DNA of 64,000 bases from contig JAEEHM010000063.1 of the NCBI GenBank assembly GCA_016280895.1, positions 5,392 through 69,391 on the forward strand, read 5' to 3'. Source of the stretch: Bacillota bacterium. Its GTDB lineage: Bacteria; Bacillota_I; Bacilli_A; ML615J-28; CAG-698. Below the pieces are notes generated by a model. That model searched no databases, was not told the DNA's origin, and saw only the letters and a program-made list of their open reading frames with translations. Both the position numbers and the translations under genes were made by a program. Of this stretch, positions 39,141-48,434 are shown one piece after another (the stretch's first letter is position 1; every line of letters begins with the position of its first letter).

Positions 39141-39404
39141 TTATTGACGTAAATTACGAAATTCTTGGTCTATTTCTACCTCGTTTAAATCTTTGTAGAT
39201 ATAAAAACGAGCAAGATTAAAATGTTCTTTGAAGGCTTCTTTTGTGATGTAATATTTTATATTTTGGTTTATTACTAAAATATTCCCATCACTTGCTTTA
39301 GCGTAAATTGAAGAAGCTTCTCCATATGGCCTTGATATCAATAAATAATTATCAAGTAATTTAATAGCTATTTCGTAAGATTTAATTTCTTGTAATTCAT
39401 TCAT
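39141..39404 (-). CDS. Hypothetical small protein (87 aa)
   Basis: Clean ORF on the minus strand. The track TTG start is replaced by an internal ATG ('MNELQEIK...'). Weak RBS. Confidence 0.35.
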   Translation of the reverse strand: MNELQEIKSYEIAIKLLDNYLLISRPYGEASSIYAKASDGNILVINQNIKYYITKEAFKEHFNLARFYIYKDLNEVEIDQEFRNLRQ

Positions 39405-39521
39405 ATTATCATCTCTTTCATTTCTTGATTTATTATACACCTTTTTATAAATCTTGAAAAGAGATAATAAAAAACACAAATTAATAATAGGAAATATTTA
39501 AAAAGTAATTAAGGAGGATTT

Positions 39522-39755
39522 ATGGTTCAAACTATCATTACTATTTGGTTTTTTGTCTTATTCATACCAGGTATTTATTTATTCTATAAATTGATGCAAT
39601 GCTTTGATTGGGAGAAGTGCTTGAAAAAAGGACAAACAGCGAGTTTTAAAATCTTTTATACGCTCTTATCAATCATCTTATCTTTTCTATTCGCTTATGC
39701 TTTCACATCAGTATTTGAAAGAATTTATGAATTTATTAGTAATAGTGTAAAATAA
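39522..39755 (+). CDS. Small membrane protein (77 aa, 2 TM)
   Basis: AAGGAGG RBS 7 nt upstream; two hydrophobic helices. Confidence 0.45.
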   Translation: MVQTIITIWFFVLFIPGIYLFYKLMQCFDWEKCLKKGQTASFKIFYTLLSIILSFLFAYAFTSVFERIYEFISNSVK

Positions 39756-39779
39756 AAACGGGATTTTTCAATCTCGTTT

Positions 39780-40421
39780 TTATTGTTTTTTATATTTAAT
39801 TGCGTTTAAGATATTAAACACAATTGTAATTATTACTGTCACTAAAGCAACAATAATAAGTTTAATACTAAACTTATTTTCAAAAAGTACTGAAATAAAA
39901 CTAATTCCATAATTAAGGATAAATGCATAAAAGATAAATGCAAATATGATAATTGTACAAGCAAGAACTTTATTTAAAATTTTGTACTTGCTTAAATATA
40001 AAGCATAAAAGCTACCAATTGAGAAACATGCAATATGAATTAAGCCATTCACAATTAATAAAACTAATAATGAACTTGTTGCTACATATTGAACAATAGC
40101 ATTTTGTGCTATGAATAATAATTCAACAAAGCAAACATTTATTAGATTAAAGATTAATGATGATAGCCAGAATGTATGTTTATCATGCTTTAGTGAATCA
40201 TATGATCTACCTACTACAGTGAAATTATAATAACCATAGAAGAAGGAATATACAAATTCAATTAAGAAATATGATACAAAAGTTGTAATAACTAGAGCTC
40301 TAAAATCAGGAATTACTTTCGGAATAAGTTCTAATATTACACAAACTACACAAAATACTAAATTAAGTAGAAATGGTAATAGACAAGACTTCAATTGAAG
40401 TTTTATTGTTTGTAGTAACAT
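39780..40421 (-). CDS. Polytopic membrane protein (ABC-2-type permease-like, about 6 TM)
   Basis: 213 aa, highly hydrophobic. Its RBS AAAGGAGA is embedded in the last codons of the upstream ATPase-like gene, indicating translational coupling. Confidence 0.5.
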   Translation of the reverse strand: MLLQTIKLQLKSCLLPFLLNLVFCVVCVILELIPKVIPDFRALVITTFVSYFLIEFVYSFFYGYYNFTVVGRSYDSLKHDKHTFWLSSLIFNLINVCFVELLFIAQNAIVQYVATSSLLVLLIVNGLIHIACFSIGSFYALYLSKYKILNKVLACTIIIFAFIFYAFILNYGISFISVLFENKFSIKLIIVALVTVIITIVFNILNAIKYKKQ

Positions 40422-40422
40422 A

Positions 40423-41307
40423 TTACATTTTCTCCTTTATTTCTCTTAAATTGATTAAATAAATGAAGATGTTGTGAACAGGAACTTCAGATATTTTAAT
40501 TAAGTATTTTTGGAACTTTCTTATTTCGTCCTTTGAAAGCTTTTGGTGAACACAAACTGTTAATGTTTTTCCTCTTTCTTCAACTCCAAGCATTTTTACA
40601 CCTGCAAGTAAGGATTTTAATACTTCGGTTTTTCCACTTAGATAACGGAAATTTGCTTTTATTTCTTCCATTGTGAAATGTGCAAATAAACTTCCCTTAT
40701 CAAAGAATAATACTTTATCAATTAAATATGCGATTTCATCTACAAAAGTAGTAGAAATGATAAAAGTACGTGGATATATTTCATGATGCTTGTATAAGAA
40801 GTTAAAATAATCATATCTATCTTTAATATCAGCCTCAGATAGAGGATTCTCAAAGATAGTTACATTAGCTCTACTTGCAAGTCCTAAAATACCAATGAAG
40901 ATTGATTTTTTGGATTTATTTAAAGAACTATATGTAGTTTTTAATTCAATACCAAAATGTTTGATTAATTCATATGCATAAGCAGTATCCCATTTAGGAT
41001 AAAAATCAGACATAATCTTAAATATTTGGCTGATCTTCATAGTAAGTGGGAAGGTAGTATCTTTCGCAATAAAACAAATTCTTTCATTCATTTCATTGTT
41101 GCCGAAAAGAAGCTCTCCATCAATCCATACATTTCCTTCATCAGCCTTATTCTTAGCACAAATAAGATTTAGAAGTTCATGTTGATAATATTCATTCTTT
41201 TCAACAAGTGCATATATTTGATTATCTAAAAAATTGTAGGAAAAGTTTTTAATGATATTTTCGTTATTACTTTTTTTAACTAAGTTTTCGCAAATTAAAA
41301 CACTCAT
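40423..41307 (-). CDS. ABC-transporter ATP-binding-fold protein with degenerate Walker A, signature and Walker B (predicted non-catalytic)
   Basis: The ABC NBD collinear pattern is retained ('...WIDGELL...', 'LNKSKKSIFIGILGLASRANVTIFENPLSEAD'). The Walker A position reads 'EKNEYYQHE'. The LSGGQ position reads 'LNKSK'. The Walker B position reads 'IFENP'. Confidence 0.5.
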   Translation of the reverse strand: MSVLICENLVKKSNNENIIKNFSYNFLDNQIYALVEKNEYYQHELLNLICAKNKADEGNVWIDGELLFGNNEMNERICFIAKDTTFPLTMKISQIFKIMSDFYPKWDTAYAYELIKHFGIELKTTYSSLNKSKKSIFIGILGLASRANVTIFENPLSEADIKDRYDYFNFLYKHHEIYPRTFIISTTFVDEIAYLIDKVLFFDKGSLFAHFTMEEIKANFRYLSGKTEVLKSLLAGVKMLGVEERGKTLTVCVHQKLSKDEIRKFQKYLIKISEVPVHNIFIYLINLREIKEKM

Positions 41308-41403
41308 AAAATTCTCCTTTCCTAAATGTCTAATTTATTATACTAGAAAATGATATTTTTTTCAAGTATTAGCAAGATAAATAAAAAAGAATAAAATTTT
41401 CTT

Positions 41404-41997
41404 TTATTCTTTTATTTTTATGCTACCCTTTGTTGCTTTAACGAGTTCATTTTTAATATCATCGTATAAATTCTCTTGAATTTCATATGTAAAGAAGGCT
41501 TTATCAGTAAATTCTTTATTTATCTCTTTAAACCTTTCCATTATTTTCATACATTCATTTATATAATTATATTCACAATAAAAGCTAATATTAGTCATTT
41601 TTTCAATCTTTATCTTTTCGATGATATTAATTACATCACTGGCAGCTTTTGAATATGCTCTAACAAGACCATTAGCACCTAATTTAATACCACCGAAATA
41701 TCTAGTAACGACACATAGCACATTTACAAGCTCATTTTTGCATAAAACATCATAGATGACAATACCTGCTGTTTTACTAGGTTCACCATCATCAGAATAT
41801 TTGATTATATCTATATCATTATCCTTGATGATATATGAGTAACAATTATGAGTAGCATCATAATATTTTTTTCTAATTTCCTTTAATGCTTCTTTGCATT
41901 CATCTAAAGAAGATATTGGAATTAGAGTTGTTATGAATCTACTTTTTTTAATTTCATATTCAATTGTGTAGCTTTTATTAATAGTGTATGCAGTCAT
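41404..41997 (-). CDS. yigZ: IMPACT-family protein YigZ
   Basis: UPF0029 motifs 'IKKSRFI', 'ATHNCYSYI', 'GEPSKTAG', 'VVTRYFGGIKLG'. Confidence 0.8.
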   Translation of the reverse strand: MTAYTINKSYTIEYEIKKSRFITTLIPISSLDECKEALKEIRKKYYDATHNCYSYIIKDNDIDIIKYSDDGEPSKTAGIVIYDVLCKNELVNVLCVVTRYFGGIKLGANGLVRAYSKAASDVINIIEKIKIEKMTNISFYCEYNYINECMKIMERFKEINKEFTDKAFFTYEIQENLYDDIKNELVKATKGSIKIKE

Positions 41998-42123
41998 AAT
42001 TTTATCCCCGTTATAATTATATCTTAAATTATCTAATTTTTAAAGAATTTTTAGTGCATTTTTAGCTTAAATAGTGTATAATATATTAAAAGTGTATCTT
42101 TTTTAAAGTTCGGAGGAAAATTT

Positions 42124-43737
42124 ATGCAAAGCGTTTATTTAAGTAAGGGAAGAGAATTATTGAAATTATTGATTAATAATGGCTTTGAAGGATATTTTGT
42201 TGGTGAATGTGTTCGTAATACAATTATGAACATTGATTTTTCACGTGCAGATATTGTAACAAACGCAAGTATTGATGACTTAAAAAGGATTAATAATTAT
42301 ATCTTTAATGATAGTGCTACATATATTGACTCTAACACAATTAAGGTTGTTTATAATGATTATGATTTTTATTTTAAATCATTTTCTTCACTTGATAATC
42401 AAATGAGTGATAATCGTACTAAGTTAACAAAGCATTATTCTAGTAATCTATTAGATGAACTTGCAACACGTGATTTTACGATTGATGCTATTGCGATGAG
42501 TTATAGTGGTAAGGTAACAGATGCATATAATGGTGTAGATGATATAAAAGCAAAACGTATTAGAACTATTTCTAATCCAAAGATTAGATTTAATAATTAT
42601 CCACTTGAAATATTAGAAGCAATAAAATTAGTTGGTGAATTAAAATTCCAAGTATCTGATAAGACTTATCAAGCAATGGTTAAAAAATCAAAGCTTTTAA
42701 TTAGCCAAAATAAAGAAGAAATATTTAATTACATGGATAGTATTTTACATGCTAAATACACTAAAAAAGCTATGGCTTATTTAATGAGTAGAGGCATATA
42801 TAAAAATATTCCTTCTCTTGATAAGGGTATAAAAGCAATCTCAAGGTCAAATAAAGATATTAGTATTGAAGAATTGTTGCTTGCAAGCTTTGTGTTAAAT
42901 GGTGAAATTGATAATGATTATTTAACATATATTGAAGATAGAGAAATATTTGAAGAAATCTTTAATTTAGCTCTTGCCCAAAAGAAGGGTATATATGAAC
43001 CATTCACACTATTTAAGAATGGTGAAAATGTTGCAACTGAAGCTAATTTCATCAATTATTTAATTGGTCGTGACCATATTAGAGCGAAAGCTATTAGTAA
43101 AGATTATAATGAACTTAAGATTAAATCATATGATGATTTAGCTTATGATATTAATGATGTTTGTAGAATCACAAATTTAGATCAAGAAAATGACGCAATT
43201 AAAGAAATAATTGATAATGTTGTGTTAAATATATTAAGTGAAACATTAAGAAATGATCATGATGAAATTGAAAGATTCATTTTAAAAGAACTAACTACTA
43301 AGGGTATTTATTTCGATATTGAAAGAAAAGAAGAAAAAGAAGTAGTAAAAAGAGATGATGATGAAGTAATTCAATCGAGTATCAATGCTGATTACACACC
43401 ATCATATAATTTAAGTGATGATGAAATGGCTATTTCTGAATCAATGAAGGAAGATGAAAGTGATCCTGATGCTGATTTAACTAATCATCGTCTAAGGATA
43501 TTAGAAGAAAGATTAGATGAACAAGATCGCTTACTTCAAGAAAAGACAGAAAGATTACAAGAATTAGAGAATCAAAAGATATTAGAAAGTACCCAAAAAT
43601 TAGTTAATGCTGGTTTGGATGCAATTAAGCATGATAGTCAATTAGCATCAATGATTAAAAATGTGGATGAATTCGAATTAGAATATCGTAATTTTGTTGT
43701 TGAATATTTAGAAAAGGAAAAGATGAATAATGAATAA
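42124..43737 (+). CDS. CCA-adding-enzyme/poly(A)-polymerase head-domain protein with a degenerate catalytic motif and a long coiled-coil C-terminal extension
   Basis: 'GYFVGECVRNTIMNIDFSRADIVT' versus the canonical 'FVGGAVRD....GDVDIAT'. The 'RDFTIDAIAM' motif is retained. 'TFRTE' reads 'KSFSS'. About 250 extra C-terminal residues with acidic coiled-coil character. Confidence 0.6.
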   Translation: MQSVYLSKGRELLKLLINNGFEGYFVGECVRNTIMNIDFSRADIVTNASIDDLKRINNYIFNDSATYIDSNTIKVVYNDYDFYFKSFSSLDNQMSDNRTKLTKHYSSNLLDELATRDFTIDAIAMSYSGKVTDAYNGVDDIKAKRIRTISNPKIRFNNYPLEILEAIKLVGELKFQVSDKTYQAMVKKSKLLISQNKEEIFNYMDSILHAKYTKKAMAYLMSRGIYKNIPSLDKGIKAISRSNKDISIEELLLASFVLNGEIDNDYLTYIEDREIFEEIFNLALAQKKGIYEPFTLFKNGENVATEANFINYLIGRDHIRAKAISKDYNELKIKSYDDLAYDINDVCRITNLDQENDAIKEIIDNVVLNILSETLRNDHDEIERFILKELTTKGIYFDIERKEEKEVVKRDDDEVIQSSINADYTPSYNLSDDEMAISESMKEDESDPDADLTNHRLRILEERLDEQDRLLQEKTERLQELENQKILESTQKLVNAGLDAIKHDSQLASMIKNVDEFELEYRNFVVEYLEKEKMNNE

Positions 43738-44683
43738 TAATCTAAAAAAAATACAAGATTGTCAAGCTTTAGAAGAAGTAACATTAGTACTACGACTTTC
43801 TGATGTCCAAATTAAGAAGACTAATACTAATGTAGATTATGCAAGTATGATTGCGTATGATGGTAGTGATAAAATAGAAGCAAAAATTTGGAAGTTCACT
43901 GATGATATGCGTGAAAAATTAAAAAGCGGTGAAGTCTATGTAGTGAATGGAAGAATGAAGGATTATCAAGGAAAATTGCAACTGAATATCACTGATATTC
44001 GCCAAGTGGATGGTAGCGATGATGTTAATTTAGATGATTTTTATGATAAAGCAAAGCTATCAAGAGAAGAATTAGCTAATAGAATTAATGATTATTACGC
44101 TAAGATCCAAAATGATTATTTAAAGAATATCACTAGTGTTTTATTGAAAAGACATTTTAAGAATTTCTTTGATTATCCTGCAGCTGTAACAATGCATCAT
44201 AATTATTATCAAGGACTTGCATATCATACATATTCAATGTTGAAATTAAGTGATGCATTTATTGAACTTTATCCATTTATTAATAAAGATTTAATTTATA
44301 GTGGAATCATTTTACATGATTTAGGTAAGATTATGGAACTCAGTGGCCCTAAGGGCACTGAATATACAAAGGCAGGAAAGCTTCTTGGTCACATTTCAAT
44401 TGGTGCTAATGAAGTTTATGCTACTGCCTGTGAGCTTGGAATAGAAAAGACAGAAGAGGTATTGAATTTACTTCATATCATCTTGTCTCACCATGGTGAA
44501 TTAGAATATGGTTCACCTAAACAGCCAGCAACTGTTGAGGCTGAAGTTGTTCATTTGTTGGACTTCTGTGATTCACGTATGGCCTCTTTAGAGCCGGAAA
44601 TTTTGAAGGCTAAGAAGGGTGAATATACTGGTCCATTGTCTGCATTTGAACGTCGCAATTTCTATATTCCCGATATTGATTAA
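43730..44683 (+). CDS. yhaM: 3'-5' exoribonuclease YhaM (OB-fold + HD domain)
   Basis: N-terminal OB fold. HD domain 'ILHDLGKI', 'ILSHHGELEYGSPKQPATVEAEVVHLLD'. 8-nt overlap with the upstream gene. Confidence 0.8.
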   Translation: MNNNLKKIQDCQALEEVTLVLRLSDVQIKKTNTNVDYASMIAYDGSDKIEAKIWKFTDDMREKLKSGEVYVVNGRMKDYQGKLQLNITDIRQVDGSDDVNLDDFYDKAKLSREELANRINDYYAKIQNDYLKNITSVLLKRHFKNFFDYPAAVTMHHNYYQGLAYHTYSMLKLSDAFIELYPFINKDLIYSGIILHDLGKIMELSGPKGTEYTKAGKLLGHISIGANEVYATACELGIEKTEEVLNLLHIILSHHGELEYGSPKQPATVEAEVVHLLDFCDSRMASLEPEILKAKKGEYTGPLSAFERRNFYIPDID

Positions 44684-44822
44684 AAAAAGTATAAATAATT
44701 ATTAAAAAAATGCTAATTTTGTCGCAAAATAATTAAAATAATGATTGAAAAAAAAGCAATTTTTATGTATAATATATATGTTGACAAAAAAATACGTTAT
44801 ATAATTTTAAGGAGAGATAAAG

Positions 44823-47800
44823 ATGAAAAGTAAAATATTATTGAAACGTACTTTGCCTATTATTATCGCATTATTTGTGATAGTAGTGGTAGCCCTTGTA
44901 GCTACAGTGGTAACTTTAGATAAAAAGACACCTAGCTTATCAAAGGCATTAGGAGAAGAAAACTATTTAACATACACAAATAATGGTGTTACTATCTCCA
45001 TGACAAATAATGATGTATATGACTTATTACGTGATACAAGTTATGGTGCATCATCAACTGTCACTCAATTAGTTCGTATGATCGATGAAGGTCTATTAAC
45101 TAATGGAGAAAAGAATTATTTAAATTCTGTTGATAATGAAAAGGTAAGAGAAAGACTTGAATATGCAATTCTTGGCTATGAATTTGCTGATTATCAAAAA
45201 GCAAATAAAACAAGCTTTGAACTTGCAGCTAAAAAAGCAAACAAGACATTCGATGAATATCTTGCTGACAAAATTGCAGATCTTATCAAAGAATTTAGTG
45301 ATAATTTCTTAACTGCAAATGGTATCAAAGTAGAAGCTGACGATATTACATTCGATAGCACTAAGATTACTTGCAAAACTACTGCTGATGTTTTTAAATA
45401 TTATGCATTAGAAGAAGCTAAATATTTATATGCTAGAGATTATTTAGAAAAGACATATTCTGAAGATTTAAAAGCATATGCTGAATATTTAGAAGCTAAA
45501 GAAGCATATGATAAATATACAGCTGCTCTTGCTAGATATGAAGCTGACTTAGCTAAATGGAAGGAAGCAAACAAAAAGACTCGTGGTGATAAACCAGTTA
45601 AGAATGATTACATTTCTTTATACACTGTAAGAGAAGAACCAAAAGAAGTTAGTGCTCCTGCTATTACTGAAACTACAGTTTCTAACAAATATGCTAGCAA
45701 CAATGTAGATAAATTCTGGGCTGTTGTTATTAATTATTCTTCAGTAGCTGCTGCTAAAACAGCATTAAGTCAAAATGGTTATATCTTTGAAGATAATAAA
45801 TTTAAAACAAGTGCTGGTGTAGAATTAACAGATGATGAAGTAGTTCAAATGTACATTAAGCTTTATAATCAATATTATCAAAACTTAGGTAAAGATGCAT
45901 TAACTACTGCTGCATTCACTCCTGATTGGACTGATGAAGATAGTGAATTCTATTTCACTGCATCTGATTTATTATCTCGTGGTATTTACTCTAAGAATTC
46001 TACTAACAATGTGTATAATTATGAAAGTGGTTATGCTTATAATGACAAATTAACTTCTTGCTTATACTTAGTTGTTGCTAGAAATAAGGCTAATACTTGG
46101 GATGAATATCTAAAAGCACAAGATAAGAAATATTATGAAACTGAATTTTATACTTCAGTACTTGCTGAATTATTAGATGATGCTACAAATGCAACATTTA
46201 TTAACAAAGCACTTGCTACTTTAAGAGCAGATTCTGATTTATTAATTTATGATACAGTTTTAGAACAACTTTATATGGCTGCATATGAATCAGATTATAA
46301 AGCTACTAAGAAGTCTTCTTCAAGTGCTGTTGCATCTTATAAGGTAAATGGTAAGAAGTATGAAATTAGTGCTGATGATTTGTTCAAAGCACTTGCTAAT
46401 ACACAATATGGCGTTTCATCTTTCATGTATAAATATCAATACAATTGGATGTTCTTAGAAGCTACTGATAAAGATGGTAACTTATTAAATAAATATGTTG
46501 ATTATAAAGCATATTTAGAAGGCACATCATACAAGAAAGCATCTAAGGATGAAACAATGTATAAAGATGCTAAAGCATATGTTGACAACTTAAAGACTAA
46601 CTTCAAGGCTAATGCTTATGCTAATGAAGATGGTTCTGGTTACAACAAGAAATATGGTTGGGAAGCATTCATTCGTGATTATTATTATGATAATTACAAT
46701 GTTGAATTAAAGAATGAAGATGATTTAATGGTCTTCTATGTATATCAAAAATTAATGGATGAATACCAAGCATCAGTTACAAAGATTACTTTAGATACAT
46801 GGGAAAATGTATATAAGATTTATATGGCTAAAACTGCTAGTGAATACATGAGTATTTCAGCAGAAGAATTATACATCAAATTATTTGATGCTAAAGGTAG
46901 TAAGGTTGATCCTATTAATTGGACAGCTGAACAAGTTGCAAAAGCAAAAGCTTTATATGATGAAGTATTATCTGCATTAACAAAGATTCAAGAAAGTGAA
47001 ATTTCTGCTTTCTTAAGCGGTTTGGAAACTGCATTTGATAATGCTCCTAAGGCTATTGATGGTGCTTACACTGGTGATTATGCATACAATTATGTTTATA
47101 ATGTAGGCGATGGAACACAAATTACAATCAATGTTTCTGAATATAAATCATATGGCTTTGATGTAACATCTACATCTGCAACATTCACTAATACAAGCGG
47201 TGATGCTTACTTAAAATATGCTGCACGTCAAGTTTGGAAGAGCTTAATGGGCGAATTAATTAATGGTAAAGCTGTATCTGAACTTGTTGTTTATGATACA
47301 ACATTCACTCCAAAAGATTATTATGGCATTGGTAATGGTAATTACTTAGCTGCTTCTGAAGGTTTCGTAGTATTAGCATTTACAAGTGCAAACTACTCTT
47401 CATATTTCAAGACAGTTGGTACAACATCAGCTTCATCTGAAGCAAAGACGAGAATCCATGCTTTAATGGCTTCTTATGAAGAATTACATGCTGGTGATGC
47501 TGGCTTTGAATCATTCGAAAAATTATATGCTGAATGGGTTAAGGCTGATGATAAGACTGCTAGTGAAGCTAAGATTTTAGATGTATTTAAGACTAAATTA
47601 GCTCTTGATGATGTAAGTGCATTTACAGATGTTGAAGATTTCTTCACTACATATGTAAATGATAGAATCGCATTTATTGCATTCCCTGAACTTCAATATG
47701 TATTAATGTATCTATACGATCAATCAAAGAAAAACGAAGATGATTATGTATCACTTAGTGATTTATATAGTGATTATAAAGATGCACTAAAAGATAATGA

Positions 47801-48422
47801 AGGCTTAGATGCTGCAAAAGAAGCAATTATGAAGATTGTTGATAAATATATTAATGATTCTTCATTAAATGTTGAATTCCCAACATTTGATGCATTCTTA
47901 CCTTACTTAAAGAATTATGCTGATTCTGATACATCTGCTTATTATAAAGCAAGTGTAACAAATTGGTTCACAACTTATTCTTCAAGTAATTCTACATTAG
48001 TTTATGGCAATTTTGCATCAACAACTTATGCTAATAGAGAAATGTTTAAGACATTACTTGCTAACTTAAATGCTAATTTCCAAGCAAGTGAAACAGTTAA
48101 AGATGTTATGAATAAATTAGTTGAAACATCAATTGATAATGCTACAAGTTCATTAACTTATTTAGCATTCACAAATGGTGATAAAGCTGCAGTTGAAAGC
48201 TTATTAAATGCCGTTCTTGCAATTAAAGATTTCGACTTAAGCGATGAAAATGTATTAGATGTATTATTTACTTATGGTAATGAGTACAGTGCTGAAAAAA
48301 CAACTTTCACAGCAGTTATGGGTGCTTTAAGCACATATGCAAAAGCTCAATATAATGCTTTAAATGCAGAAGATAAAGCAGAACTTGCTGATCTTGCTAC
48401 AGCTGCTGGTTTAGTTGATTAA
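44823..48422 (+). CDS. Giant (1199 aa) N-terminally membrane-anchored extracytoplasmic protein, paralog 1; SurA_N/PpiD-like region after the TM. Function unknown.
   Basis: Short cytoplasmic N-terminus, one TM ('LPIIIALFVIVVVALVATVVTL'), then 'NGVTISMTNNDVYDLLRDTSYGASSTVTQLVRMIDEGLL' (SurA_N-like). Ala/Tyr/Lys/Asp-rich. RBS AAGGAGAG. Confidence 0.7.
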   Translation: MKSKILLKRTLPIIIALFVIVVVALVATVVTLDKKTPSLSKALGEENYLTYTNNGVTISMTNNDVYDLLRDTSYGASSTVTQLVRMIDEGLLTNGEKNYLNSVDNEKVRERLEYAILGYEFADYQKANKTSFELAAKKANKTFDEYLADKIADLIKEFSDNFLTANGIKVEADDITFDSTKITCKTTADVFKYYALEEAKYLYARDYLEKTYSEDLKAYAEYLEAKEAYDKYTAALARYEADLAKWKEANKKTRGDKPVKNDYISLYTVREEPKEVSAPAITETTVSNKYASNNVDKFWAVVINYSSVAAAKTALSQNGYIFEDNKFKTSAGVELTDDEVVQMYIKLYNQYYQNLGKDALTTAAFTPDWTDEDSEFYFTASDLLSRGIYSKNSTNNVYNYESGYAYNDKLTSCLYLVVARNKANTWDEYLKAQDKKYYETEFYTSVLAELLDDATNATFINKALATLRADSDLLIYDTVLEQLYMAAYESDYKATKKSSSSAVASYKVNGKKYEISADDLFKALANTQYGVSSFMYKYQYNWMFLEATDKDGNLLNKYVDYKAYLEGTSYKKASKDETMYKDAKAYVDNLKTNFKANAYANEDGSGYNKKYGWEAFIRDYYYDNYNVELKNEDDLMVFYVYQKLMDEYQASVTKITLDTWENVYKIYMAKTASEYMSISAEELYIKLFDAKGSKVDPINWTAEQVAKAKALYDEVLSALTKIQESEISAFLSGLETAFDNAPKAIDGAYTGDYAYNYVYNVGDGTQITINVSEYKSYGFDVTSTSATFTNTSGDAYLKYAARQVWKSLMGELINGKAVSELVVYDTTFTPKDYYGIGNGNYLAASEGFVVLAFTSANYSSYFKTVGTTSASSEAKTRIHALMASYEELHAGDAGFESFEKLYAEWVKADDKTASEAKILDVFKTKLALDDVSAFTDVEDFFTTYVNDRIAFIAFPELQYVLMYLYDQSKKNEDDYVSLSDLYSDYKDALKDNEGLDAAKEAIMKIVDKYINDSSLNVEFPTFDAFLPYLKNYADSDTSAYYKASVTNWFTTYSSSNSTLVYGNFASTTYANREMFKTLLANLNANFQASETVKDVMNKLVETSIDNATSSLTYLAFTNGDKAAVESLLNAVLAIKDFDLSDENVLDVLFTYGNEYSAEKTTFTAVMGALSTYAKAQYNALNAEDKAELADLATAAGLVD

Positions 48423-48434
48423 GGAGTGATAGAT

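Noticed and set aside
44781-44805. TTGACA ... TATAAT upstream of the giant-paralog operon.
   Set aside because: The spacing is only 13 nt, incompatible with a sigma-70-type promoter. The upstream TGTATAAT at 44766-44773 is the more plausible -10.
8301-48434. Track start codons at upstream TTG/GTG/ATG (8301, 12362, 17464, 19214, 23617, 25934, 4497, 48426, 39479).
   Set aside because: Each has a downstream ATG preceded at 5-8 nt by a good Shine-Dalgarno, matching the homologous N-termini. I used the ATG starts.
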